Source: Verrucomicrobiales bacterium (GTDB taxonomy: Bacteria; Verrucomicrobiota; Verrucomicrobiia; Verrucomicrobiales; V1-33). From it: 13,188 nucleotides of DNA. Made by a program: the position numbers and the translations under genes. Shown piece by piece: positions 1-8,168 of this stretch; position 1 is the stretch's first letter; each line of letters begins with the position of its first letter. The stretch is from the NCBI GenBank assembly GCA_031411295.1, contig JANOAV010000084.1, positions 1-13,188 on the forward strand. Direction: 5' to 3'. Under the pieces are notes generated by a model. The model worked only from the letters and a program-made list of their open reading frames with translations, made no database searches and had not been told where the DNA came from.

Positions 1-1
1 T

Positions 2-997
2 GGCTTCGAAATCTGTGGCCTCGTGAGCCGGGGGCCAGCGAGTCGGGGGAAACTCAACGCGGAGTTTGGCAATGTTTACCCGGAATACTCTGACGTGGAG
101 GCAGCGATTCGCGAGTCCAAACCGGATGCGGTGTCCATCAACACTTACCCCGACACGCATGCAAAATTTGCCCAAATGGCCTTTGCCGCTGGTTGCCATG
201 TGTTCATGGAGAAGCCGATCGCGGAAACGGTGGCAGAAGCGCAACTGATTGTGGATCTGGCGAAGCAGCACGGGAAGAAACTGGTCATCGGCTACATCCT
301 GCGGCACCATCCGTCCTGGGTGAAATTTATCGAAATCGCCCATACGTTAGGTAAACCGCTGGTGATGCGAATGAATCTGAATCAGCAAAGCGACGGGGAG
401 ATGTGGGCGTTCCATAAGGAACTCATGCGGAGCATGTCGCCCATCGTGGATTGTGGCGTGCATTATGTGGATGTGATGTGCCAAATGGTGGGTGCCAAGC
501 CGGTGCGGGTCAGCGCTATCGGGGCGCGACTCAACGATGAACTGGTGCCGGGAATGTATAACTATGGCAATTTGCAGGTGACCTTCGAGGATGGCTCGGT
601 GGGCTGGTATGAAGCGGGTTGGGGACCCATGGCCAGCGAAACCGCGTTCTTCGTGAAGGACGTCTGGGGACCAAAAGGAGCGGTCAGTATCGTGGCCAAG
701 ACGGGGGCGGCGGAAGGTCAGAGCGGCAACATTGAGGCTCACTCCAAGGCGGAAAGCCTCAAGGTCCATTCCTCCGAGCGGGGTCCAGATGGGAAATTCG
801 TCCGTAAACCGGAATGGGTCGATCTGACCGATGAACCGGATCACGACGGACTGTGCCTCCGGGAGCAACAGTATTTCCTCAAAGCCATCCAGGAGGATAT
901 CGACCTAACTAGTCACATGGATGACGCCGTGAGCAGTCTGGCCATTGTGCTAGCCGCTGATCGGGCCTTCAAGGAAGGCCGGACGGTGGATCTGTAG
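2..997 (+). CDS. Gfo/Idh/MocA family NAD(P)-dependent oxidoreductase, 5'-truncated by the window edge
   Basis: The frame is open from position 2 (GFEICGLVSRG...), so the true start lies upstream. Family motifs are present: DAVSINTYPDTH, GCHVFMEKP (EKP motif), IGYILRH and DCGVHYVD (DxxxH catalytic motif). Stop TAG is at 995-997. Confidence 0.92.
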   Translation, partial: GFEICGLVSRGPASRGKLNAEFGNVYPEYSDVEAAIRESKPDAVSINTYPDTHAKFAQMAFAAGCHVFMEKPIAETVAEAQLIVDLAKQHGKKLVIGYILRHHPSWVKFIEIAHTLGKPLVMRMNLNQQSDGEMWAFHKELMRSMSPIVDCGVHYVDVMCQMVGAKPVRVSAIGARLNDELVPGMYNYGNLQVTFEDGSVGWYEAGWGPMASETAFFVKDVWGPKGAVSIVAKTGAAEGQSGNIEAHSKAESLKVHSSERGPDGKFVRKPEWVDLTDEPDHDGLCLREQQYFLKAIQEDIDLTSHMDDAVSSLAIVLAADRAFKEGRTVDL

Positions 998-1022
998 GCT
1001 GCGGGAGGTTCGTTCCAGCGGA

Positions 1023-2630
1023 TTAATCCCGATGGGCTTGCAGGGCTGGGCGGAAACGTCCGGCTGGCCCTGGAGGGGCGTTGCGCAGGTAGGGGCTGGA
1101 GCGATTCCGCAGCATGGGTTCACGTTCCCGAACATATTCCCCAGCCTCATCCTTCTCCTTCTGGGCATGGTAGATCATGAGCGCGGTTACGATGCCCAAG
1201 TCAAAATACAGGTAGAAATTGACGGGGTAGTTGTTGAGCGCGGAGGCATTTACCGTAACCGCCATGAAGTTGGCAAAGGCGCAACTTAGCGCGGCTGCTC
1301 CCAAGGTCGCACTAAGGCCATCTGGCTGATTAAGGACGAACCGGTGAATGGCACGCATCAGGAGGAAGATAACGAAGCCACCAATGGCCAGTGGAATATA
1401 ACCCACCTTCAACAACAGCGCAGAGAAGGCGTCATGAATCTCCCCCCTTCCTAGCACCTGCGCGGCAGTTTTGCCTTGGAAACCGACCCCAAATGGGGTC
1501 CACAATCTCGAGTCGTGCGTGATGGCATAGACGCCCTCCAGACGGGCATTGAGAGTGGATAAATTACCCGCTTGGTGGGCCTCGGCCGAGGCTCCCGAGC
1601 CCATCAAGGCTTCGGTCCATCGATTGAGCATTTGGTTCTTGAGCAAGAAGCCGGAAAACGCCGCCACCACGGCAATGACGATAACGCCAGAGATGTAGAA
1701 TGCGCGAGTGAAGAAACGACTCCGAAAGGCCCAAAAACCGACCGCCGCAATGACTCCTTGGATCCAGCCGGCCCGACTGAAGGTGCGGTAAGCGGCAAAG
1801 GCGAAAAGCAGGCCAATGAAAACGCGCATCCCGACGGAAGAATCCTTGGTGCGTCCGCTATCGTCGCGGTATTTCCAAAAGCCCGCAAAAATCAAAATGG
1901 CTGCATCCAACGAATAAACGACCGTGGCTGCTCCGGCTCCATTCATGGTGCCAAAAACGCGTGGCACCCGCTCCGCCAACTGGCGAACCTCGACGGTGAA
2001 TCCTGACAGCAGATATTTGTATTCCCACCATGTGAATCCCACGAAGGATTGGTAAAGGTAGTAGAGGACTGAAGGGACGAAAATCAAAATGGACTTTTTC
2101 ATCAAGTCCCGTAGCTCCTCCGGGGTGCGGAACAGCGCGGGAATGGTGAAGATAAGGGCTAAATAAGCCACTCCGTTGACCAAGTCGCCCAGGGCGCGGA
2201 AACCTCCGCCAGCCGACAATATCCCTAGAGCGCCCATCCCCCCCATGGCTGCGATGGAGGCCACTGCGATCCAGCCTTCCAGGGGACGACGTCCGATGGC
2301 ACCGACGGCCATTTGATAAAGCACTGCCATCGAGATGCCAGCCATCGTGGCAGGCGCGATGCCGAGCACATAATACAAGTCGAACTGTCGAATGCCCGCA
2401 TCAAGGATCATCAGCCGTTTGAAATAATCCAGGTAGCCGGTGAGGAATAGCAGGAAAAAGAACCCACGCTTCGGAGCAAACAAACCCACTACAAACCCAC
2501 CGATCATCGCGTAGAGGTAAAATTTACCAAAGGCGTTGGACCCCCCTGCGAACACATCCAGCGAGATATACAGCGCCAGGATCATGACCGCAAAGGTCAC
2601 AACGATACGAGAGAAGCCGGAAGAATTCAT
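1023..2630 (-). CDS. Polytopic membrane protein, O-antigen ligase / Wzy polymerase-like (Wzy_C-type)
   Basis: Roughly 11-13 hydrophobic segments by eye. Motifs typical of WaaL/Wzy_C proteins are present: RVFGTM, TFSRAGW, a periplasmic loop with STLNARL and PFGVG, and a conserved-His-like IHD (His at 1434-1436). ATG at 2630 (MNSSGF) is preferred over TTG at 2648. Confidence 0.7.
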   Translation of the reverse strand: MNSSGFSRIVVTFAVMILALYISLDVFAGGSNAFGKFYLYAMIGGFVVGLFAPKRGFFFLLFLTGYLDYFKRLMILDAGIRQFDLYYVLGIAPATMAGISMAVLYQMAVGAIGRRPLEGWIAVASIAAMGGMGALGILSAGGGFRALGDLVNGVAYLALIFTIPALFRTPEELRDLMKKSILIFVPSVLYYLYQSFVGFTWWEYKYLLSGFTVEVRQLAERVPRVFGTMNGAGAATVVYSLDAAILIFAGFWKYRDDSGRTKDSSVGMRVFIGLLFAFAAYRTFSRAGWIQGVIAAVGFWAFRSRFFTRAFYISGVIVIAVVAAFSGFLLKNQMLNRWTEALMGSGASAEAHQAGNLSTLNARLEGVYAITHDSRLWTPFGVGFQGKTAAQVLGRGEIHDAFSALLLKVGYIPLAIGGFVIFLLMRAIHRFVLNQPDGLSATLGAAALSCAFANFMAVTVNASALNNYPVNFYLYFDLGIVTALMIYHAQKEKDEAGEYVREREPMLRNRSSPYLRNAPPGPAGRFRPALQAHRD

Positions 2631-2698
2631 AGTTAGGGGTAAGCGCAAACAAGCGCTGGAGCAATGTGACCAGCGGGTGAGTCAAAGTGTTGAAAATT

Positions 2699-3952
2699 TT
2701 AAGCGCGGACGTTGAAGCAGTAAATTAAGTCCTGGTCCCGCAGGTAGAGTTTGCCGTTCACAATCACAGGATGGGTCCAGATGCGACCATCCTTTTTTCG
2801 CTTTTCGGTCTGGGGGGAGAGCTTGAAGCGGCCACTTTCTTTCCAGCCCTCCGCACTGGCGTCGATCAGCACTACCGTGCCGTCGCTTTCGCTTAGGCAG
2901 TAGAGCTTTCCGTCTGCATAACCGACGGCACCTTTGCCGAGTTTGCTTTCTTTCCAGATAATCTTGCCGTCCGTCAGATTTTGGCACACCCAGCCGCCGG
3001 CATCGCTATGACCGTAGAGTTTGCCATCCAACAGAATCACTCCGCCATGGTGATTCACGATGCCGTCGTTCTCCATATCGTAATCCGTGGTCACAGACAT
3101 ATCCGCCCCGATGGTGACCTTTTTACAGCCAGCCTTGTAGCCCGAAGTGATGTAAACTGAGTTTCCAGAAACGATGGGAGTAGGGATGACTGCCACTCCA
3201 CCGCGCCAGTCGGTTTTCCACAGCACCGAGCCGTTGGTGGCATCGATCCCAGCCAAGTGCTTGTGCACCAGTTGGATGTATTGGCGTTTGCCTTGAATCG
3301 TGGCGACAACTGGGGAGGAATACCAAGCTTCCTGTGCTAAGTCTGCGGATTGCCATTTTACATCACCCGTCTTTTTATCCAAAGCGGCCAGCGCCCCTTT
3401 TTTCCCGCCTGGCGTGCAGATTATTTGATCCCCATCGACCAGCACGCTCTCCGTGTAGCCCCAGCCTGGAAGTTTCCCACCCAGGTCCTCATCCATCTTC
3501 TTCTTCCACAGGACCTTGTGATCCGTGAGGGAAATGCAGTTAAGGTGTCCCTTGGCGCTCATCGCGTAGATCCGGTCGCCATCGACGGTGGGGGTGGCGC
3601 GCGGGCCGTCGCCCCAATTATTCTGCAACACTGGACCGATCTCCGTCGCCCAGAGTTCGGCTCCAGTATCCGCATTCAGGCAGAGTAATTGTTCCGCATC
3701 TTCCCTGGCCACTAGAGTGTAGAGTTTTCCCGCCACGATAGCCGGACCGGAGTAGCCGATGCCAGCGTCTTTGAAGATCCACGCCAGCTTGGGGCCTTCC
3801 GCGGGCCACGCTTTCAGCAGACCCTTCTCAGTCGAAGCATCGTCACGCTGCGCCCCACGCCAAGCGGGCCAGTCCTCGGCGTGACTGGCATTAAGCAAAC
3901 CAATGGCAGCAAGTAGTAAACTGAGCTTGGGAAAGGAACGAGGATGAAGCAT
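2699..3952 (-). CDS. Secreted PQQ-binding-like beta-propeller repeat protein (BamB/PQQ_2-like, PVC-expanded family)
   Basis: Signal peptide MLHPRSFPKLSLLLAAIGLLNASHA followed by EDWPAWRG. Repeated blade motifs (CLNADTGAELW, ALDKKTGDVKW, GIDATNGSVLW, YSGPAIV, ATPTVDG, SSPVV) and a C-terminal WTHPVIVNGKLYLRDQD. Confidence 0.9.
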   Translation of the reverse strand: MLHPRSFPKLSLLLAAIGLLNASHAEDWPAWRGAQRDDASTEKGLLKAWPAEGPKLAWIFKDAGIGYSGPAIVAGKLYTLVAREDAEQLLCLNADTGAELWATEIGPVLQNNWGDGPRATPTVDGDRIYAMSAKGHLNCISLTDHKVLWKKKMDEDLGGKLPGWGYTESVLVDGDQIICTPGGKKGALAALDKKTGDVKWQSADLAQEAWYSSPVVATIQGKRQYIQLVHKHLAGIDATNGSVLWKTDWRGGVAVIPTPIVSGNSVYITSGYKAGCKKVTIGADMSVTTDYDMENDGIVNHHGGVILLDGKLYGHSDAGGWVCQNLTDGKIIWKESKLGKGAVGYADGKLYCLSESDGTVVLIDASAEGWKESGRFKLSPQTEKRKKDGRIWTHPVIVNGKLYLRDQDLIYCFNVRA

Positions 3953-4151
3953 GATCGGGGCGGAGTAGATAATTGATGAAAGAAAGTTAAGTTTTACTAC
4001 GATTTTCCGCTGCCGACAAGGCCCATGAGTGCGAAATCTCTACGATGTTGAGAAAATCTTGCCATTCCGGGCAAAAATTGGCCGCATTTCCTTTTCGCTT
4101 CAGCGTGGGATGTGCTACACATTACCGTCTCGTCCTCAAGCCCGACCCAAG

Positions 4152-6980
4152 ATGACCCAACTGGAACCGACCCCACCGCCAGACAATCCCACCCCGACTC
4201 CAGCCCCTGCGCCAGAGACGTCTCCGCATACCTTGCATCCAGCATTAACGGGGTTGGCTGGAATGGTCGTGGGCAGCATTCTGTTGGGCAAGAAGGCCGG
4301 TTTGTTGGCTGGCCTGCTGGGAGCTGGGGCTAAAGTCTTGTTAGAGCAGCGTGCCAAAGCAGCGGTAGTTCCGCCCCCTCCGTCCCCGCGCCCAGACGCG
4401 GAAGCACTTCATGAGCCGTTATGCGCTCCAGCCGAGCACGAGTCAGTGAAAGCCGATGTCGCTGCGGCCCCGACAATTACTGTCGTGCCGCCGATGGCCG
4501 AAGTGTTGTCATCGCTCGATAGCGCAGAGCCCACAGTGATCTTGCCGAGCCTGGCCACCCCGATGCGGCCTGCACCAGCCATCGAGGCTGCTGCCCGTCA
4601 GGAGGAAACAGAAACCGAAATTCAACCCGAGCCACTGGCCCTCAGCGATGCTTTGGCCAGCCTCGAAGCTCCGCTCATCACCTTCCCAGAAGATGGCCCA
4701 ACGTGGGCACTGCAGCCGATTCAGGCTAACGTATTGCCACCATGGCCCGTCCCCGATGCGAAGCTCCCAGCGGAGCCGATGGCGAGCGCCGCACTCGGGA
4801 AAGAGCTGGCCACTGACTCCATGTTTGAGTCCAAGCCCAATGAGGCCGACTCCCTCCCGCAGGCCGCGCCTAGTGAAGAATCCACTCTGGAAAATTCGCC
4901 TGGATTGCCCGCGCCAATCACTTCTGTTGGGCAACTCCTCGCTCCCATCCTCCGCCACGAAAATCCGCCTGCCTCCTCCGAGCTGGATTCAAAATTGGAC
5001 GAAGCCTTAAGTCACAAGGAAGAGTTCCAAAACTACGGTCGCCAGCTCGACTTCCCGTCCCCCCCCAGCAGCCTGACCGAGCCTCCTCAACTGGACGATC
5101 CCCTGCCGACAGCACCCGCCGAGGCCTTCGTAAATTGGCCGGAGTCAGCCATTGATCCGACCCAGATCGGCCAGAGTGCGTTCCAGGAATTCGTCGCCAA
5201 TATGTTCCAAGAGGCGGCTCAGGAGTCTGCGACCTCAGTCTGCCCAAGCCCTGCGCTAGCTGAGCCCCCTGCCACTGTCTGGACCGTCACGCAGTTGACC
5301 ACGGCCGCAGCCGAGACGCCTGCCTCTGAACCCGCTGTCCCGCTCTCTCTGCTCGACACTTTTTCCGCCTTACCTGCAATGGAAACGGAGTCGGCGCGTC
5401 GGGAAACCGACCTCGAACCGCCCGAACTCACTCCGGAGGACATCTGGCGCTTGGCTTCCTCCCATGGCTTCCTACAGGAGGAATCGGCACCACCGCAGCC
5501 TGATTCAACTCAGCCAGAGCCGTCCGTTGCGCCAGCCCATATTCCCGAACCCGAGGAAATTTACCAGCTTGATACCACCCCAATTCAAGCATTCTCTGCT
5601 CTGGCCGAAGCTCCTCCAAGCCCACTGGCGCCAGCTCGCCTGGCTGAGGAAATTTCGGCCACCGCCCCCTCGAACGTCCCCTCGCCCCCTGTGACTTTGG
5701 ACAGCCCTCCCGGCATGAAGCCGTTCGTGGAACTGTTTGGCACCACCCCTCCCGCGTCCGCACCCGAGCCTGCACCCGCTCCGGTTGATGTGGTATCCTT
5801 CGCGCCTCACAAACGGCAACCCTTACTCACCCCAGCGGAAGAGGAGGCACTGAGTGCATCGCCTGTTAGAATAATGGCTGTAGAGACTCAGGCGGTGGTG
5901 GAAGATGCAGCGCCCGCGTTGCATTTTGCTCCGCCAGCCCCTGCGGCTGCCGAGGCCCCGGCCAAGAATCTCCTCAAAAGCTTGGTGGTGTTAACGCTCT
6001 TGGCGGCACTCGCGGGAGCAGGTTACGCCAAACGAGATTTACTGTTGGAGAAATGGAACCAGTGGGCGCACCCGCCTGCCGCCAGTGCGGCCCCTGCTCG
6101 CAGCAAATCCGTGCCCGTGCCCCCTCCGCCCGTCCAAGTTCCAACCGCAGTGGTAACTCCGTCTGCGCCACCGCCGGCAGCTCCGTTGCCAACTCCAGCC
6201 ATCGTTCCGCCAACCGTGGTCCCAGCGCCCACTCCTGCTGCGGTGGAAGTGCGCCCTGCTGAAACGGCCCCGCCGGAGGTTCTGAATCCGCCGCCCAGTC
6301 CGCCGCTTCCTCCCAACCCTCCGCCCCCAGAACAGGCGGGCCAGCGTAAAGCCGAGGACGCCATCCGCGCCTTCCTCGGGTTCACCAAAGTGGAGGACAT
6401 CATCGACAGCAGCCTTAACCGGGAGCGCATTGCTCCAGCGATGGGGAAATATTATGCTGCCAATCCTCCTACCCCGACCTCCTTCACGGATTTGGTGTTG
6501 GATTCCACCGCCAGCGAGAAGGAGAGCAGCGCGCAGGCCTTCCTCTTCCGCGTCCGCACCCAAGATCGCCCCGCAGGCTTCCCGGTCTGTGTAGAGCAGA
6601 CCTCAGAGGGCTACAAGATCGAGTGGGAAGCCTTTGTGCAGTGCCGTGACCGCACTGCCGCCACTTTCTGGAAAACCAGTGCCACGGAACCCCGCTCGCT
6701 CTATGTGATCCTGAAACGCAGTCACTATTTCGGAGAGGATATGGAGAATTTGGACGACTACGATTGTTTCCGCATCAAATCCCCGAACCCCGACGAAGAG
6801 CCCGTGTATGCCTTTGCTCGCAAGGACTCTACGTTTTGCCGCAAATATCGCAACCAACTCACTTGGGATGCCAACTATTTTGCAGTGGCCACCTTCACCC
6901 ATGTGAAAAGTGGCAAAGGCACCACGCATCAAGAAATTGTGGATATCGAACGCTTCAATTGGCGCAGCGGGGGTAAGTAA
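4152..6980 (+). CDS. Large Pro/Ala/Glu-rich membrane-anchored hypothetical protein with a C-terminal globular domain
   Basis: Long ORF; ATG at 4152 (MTQLEP) is preferred over GTG at 4029, which lies in an AT-richer intergenic-like stretch. Hydrophobic segments at 4245-4343 and 5970-6029, low-complexity linkers, and a ~210 aa ordered C-terminus (from ~6340) with PVCVEQTSEGYKIEWEAFV. Confidence 0.8.
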   Translation: MTQLEPTPPPDNPTPTPAPAPETSPHTLHPALTGLAGMVVGSILLGKKAGLLAGLLGAGAKVLLEQRAKAAVVPPPPSPRPDAEALHEPLCAPAEHESVKADVAAAPTITVVPPMAEVLSSLDSAEPTVILPSLATPMRPAPAIEAAARQEETETEIQPEPLALSDALASLEAPLITFPEDGPTWALQPIQANVLPPWPVPDAKLPAEPMASAALGKELATDSMFESKPNEADSLPQAAPSEESTLENSPGLPAPITSVGQLLAPILRHENPPASSELDSKLDEALSHKEEFQNYGRQLDFPSPPSSLTEPPQLDDPLPTAPAEAFVNWPESAIDPTQIGQSAFQEFVANMFQEAAQESATSVCPSPALAEPPATVWTVTQLTTAAAETPASEPAVPLSLLDTFSALPAMETESARRETDLEPPELTPEDIWRLASSHGFLQEESAPPQPDSTQPEPSVAPAHIPEPEEIYQLDTTPIQAFSALAEAPPSPLAPARLAEEISATAPSNVPSPPVTLDSPPGMKPFVELFGTTPPASAPEPAPAPVDVVSFAPHKRQPLLTPAEEEALSASPVRIMAVETQAVVEDAAPALHFAPPAPAAAEAPAKNLLKSLVVLTLLAALAGAGYAKRDLLLEKWNQWAHPPAASAAPARSKSVPVPPPPVQVPTAVVTPSAPPPAAPLPTPAIVPPTVVPAPTPAAVEVRPAETAPPEVLNPPPSPPLPPNPPPPEQAGQRKAEDAIRAFLGFTKVEDIIDSSLNRERIAPAMGKYYAANPPTPTSFTDLVLDSTASEKESSAQAFLFRVRTQDRPAGFPVCVEQTSEGYKIEWEAFVQCRDRTAATFWKTSATEPRSLYVILKRSHYFGEDMENLDDYDCFRIKSPNPDEEPVYAFARKDSTFCRKYRNQLTWDANYFAVATFTHVKSGKGTTHQEIVDIERFNWRSGGK

Positions 6981-6984
6981 CAGC

Positions 6985-8112
6985 CTAGAGCACCACTTTC
7001 GCCCGGCCGGACTGGCCGGATTTGAACTCCTGCCAGGTTTGGAGCACCGCCTCCGCCAATGCCAGCCAATCTTCCAGGGTATGGTCCGGTCCGCCACTGA
7101 AACGCAGCACCTGTCGCAGTGCCTGCCCCCCCACGCCCATGGCCAGCAGCACCTCCGAGGCCCCGGAGCCGGAGCTGCAGGCCGATCCGGTGGATACGGC
7201 AAAGCCCAACTCCGCCAAGCGCGCGAGCCATTTGGTATTTGAGAACTCCGGCAAGATCACTAAAGAAGTATTACTCAGACGAGCGGCGGATGCGCCCATG
7301 ATCCGCACGTTAGGAAGCTGTTGGGAAATTTTTCGCTCAAACGCATCCCGGCCCGCCGCCGACATTTCCTGCGTCCTTTCGCGTTCCTGCCATGCCGCCA
7401 CCATGGCCAGAATGGCTGGCACGTTCTCGGTTCCGGCCCGATGCCGACCTTCCTGAGGTCCGCCCAGTTGCGTGGCGAAGCGTGGGCAGTGCTCCGGAAT
7501 CTTCAGGACCCCCACGCCCTTGGGGCCACCAAATTTATGACCGCTCGCGGAAACGAAGTCACACTGGCCCAAGTCCGCCGCCGGTAATTTTCCGATCCAC
7601 TGTGCCGCATCACAGTGGAATAGTCCTCCTCCCGCCTGCACAATTTTAGCCGCCCGCTCCCACGGTTGGAGCACGCCCGTCTCGTTGTTGGCCGCCATCA
7701 GCGAAACCAAGCCTAACTTCTCGGAAACCATCATTTCCTTCAACGAATCCAAGTCCGCTACGCCATCTGGAGCGGTGGATATGAGCAATGCCTCGCTGGC
7801 AGGTTCTGCCACGCTGGGATGTTCCAACGCAGAAATGGCCACCGCCCGGGCGGGATGCTGCTGGGCGAACCAGCGGAAAACCGCGTTGTTTGATTCCGTG
7901 GCACCGGAGGTGAAAATGATTTGGGCCGGCTCGCAGCGCAACCAGTCCGCCACCTGCTCCCGGGCTTGCTCCAACGCCTCTTTGACCGCCGCCGCTTCCC
8001 GATACAGACTGGAAGCATTATACCACCAGCGATCCAGCGCCTTCACAAAAACAGAACGGGCCGCCGCACTGAGCGCGGTGGTGGCATTACAGTCAAAATA
8101 GCGATGATGCAT
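6985..8112 (-). CDS. Cysteine desulfurase, NifS/IscS-like (class V PLP aminotransferase, group I)
   Basis: Motifs YFDCNATT, FTSGATESNN, EHPSV, MAANNETG, HCDAAQ, the PLP-Lys motif SGHKFGGPKG, GGPQE..RAGTEN and the catalytic Cys motif STGSACSSG (Cys at 7177-7179). Confidence 0.95.
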   Translation of the reverse strand: MHHRYFDCNATTALSAAARSVFVKALDRWWYNASSLYREAAAVKEALEQAREQVADWLRCEPAQIIFTSGATESNNAVFRWFAQQHPARAVAISALEHPSVAEPASEALLISTAPDGVADLDSLKEMMVSEKLGLVSLMAANNETGVLQPWERAAKIVQAGGGLFHCDAAQWIGKLPAADLGQCDFVSASGHKFGGPKGVGVLKIPEHCPRFATQLGGPQEGRHRAGTENVPAILAMVAAWQERERTQEMSAAGRDAFERKISQQLPNVRIMGASAARLSNTSLVILPEFSNTKWLARLAELGFAVSTGSACSSGSGASEVLLAMGVGGQALRQVLRFSGGPDHTLEDWLALAEAVLQTWQEFKSGQSGRAKVVL

Positions 8113-8128
8113 AAGGTCAGGAAATGTG

Positions 8129-8168
8129 CTGGCGGTGTGGGCAGAACTGATTACACTCAGAACTTGTG
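8129..8168 (+). promoter_or_regulatory. Putative sigma70-type promoter immediately before the RelE-like start (leaderless or very short leader)
   Basis: CTGGCG (8129-8134) - 17 nt - TACACT (8152-8157) - 8 nt - GTG (8166), with no Shine-Dalgarno. Confidence 0.4.

Noticed and set aside
23..25. GTG at 23 as the start of the oxidoreductase
   Set aside because: The frame is open to the window edge and the N-terminal Rossmann GxG motif is missing, so the real start is upstream.
2699..3952. True BamB orthologue
   Set aside because: There is no lipobox Cys, and the DWPxWRG start marks the expanded PVC PQQ-like propeller family.
4029..4151. 41-codon N-terminal extension of the Pro-rich protein
   Set aside because: It lies in AT-richer, promoter-like DNA and its composition differs from the rest of the protein; ATG 4152 is more plausible, though not proven.
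4152..6340. Tandem repeats or a CRISPR-like array in the C-rich region
   Set aside because: Only Pro/Ala codon low complexity is visible, with no regularly spaced repeat-spacer units and no cas genes in the window.
6985..8112. DndA/SspA of a DNA phosphorothioation defence system
   Set aside because: No dndBCDE or sspBCD-like neighbours are present; a generic cysteine desulfurase is the supported call.
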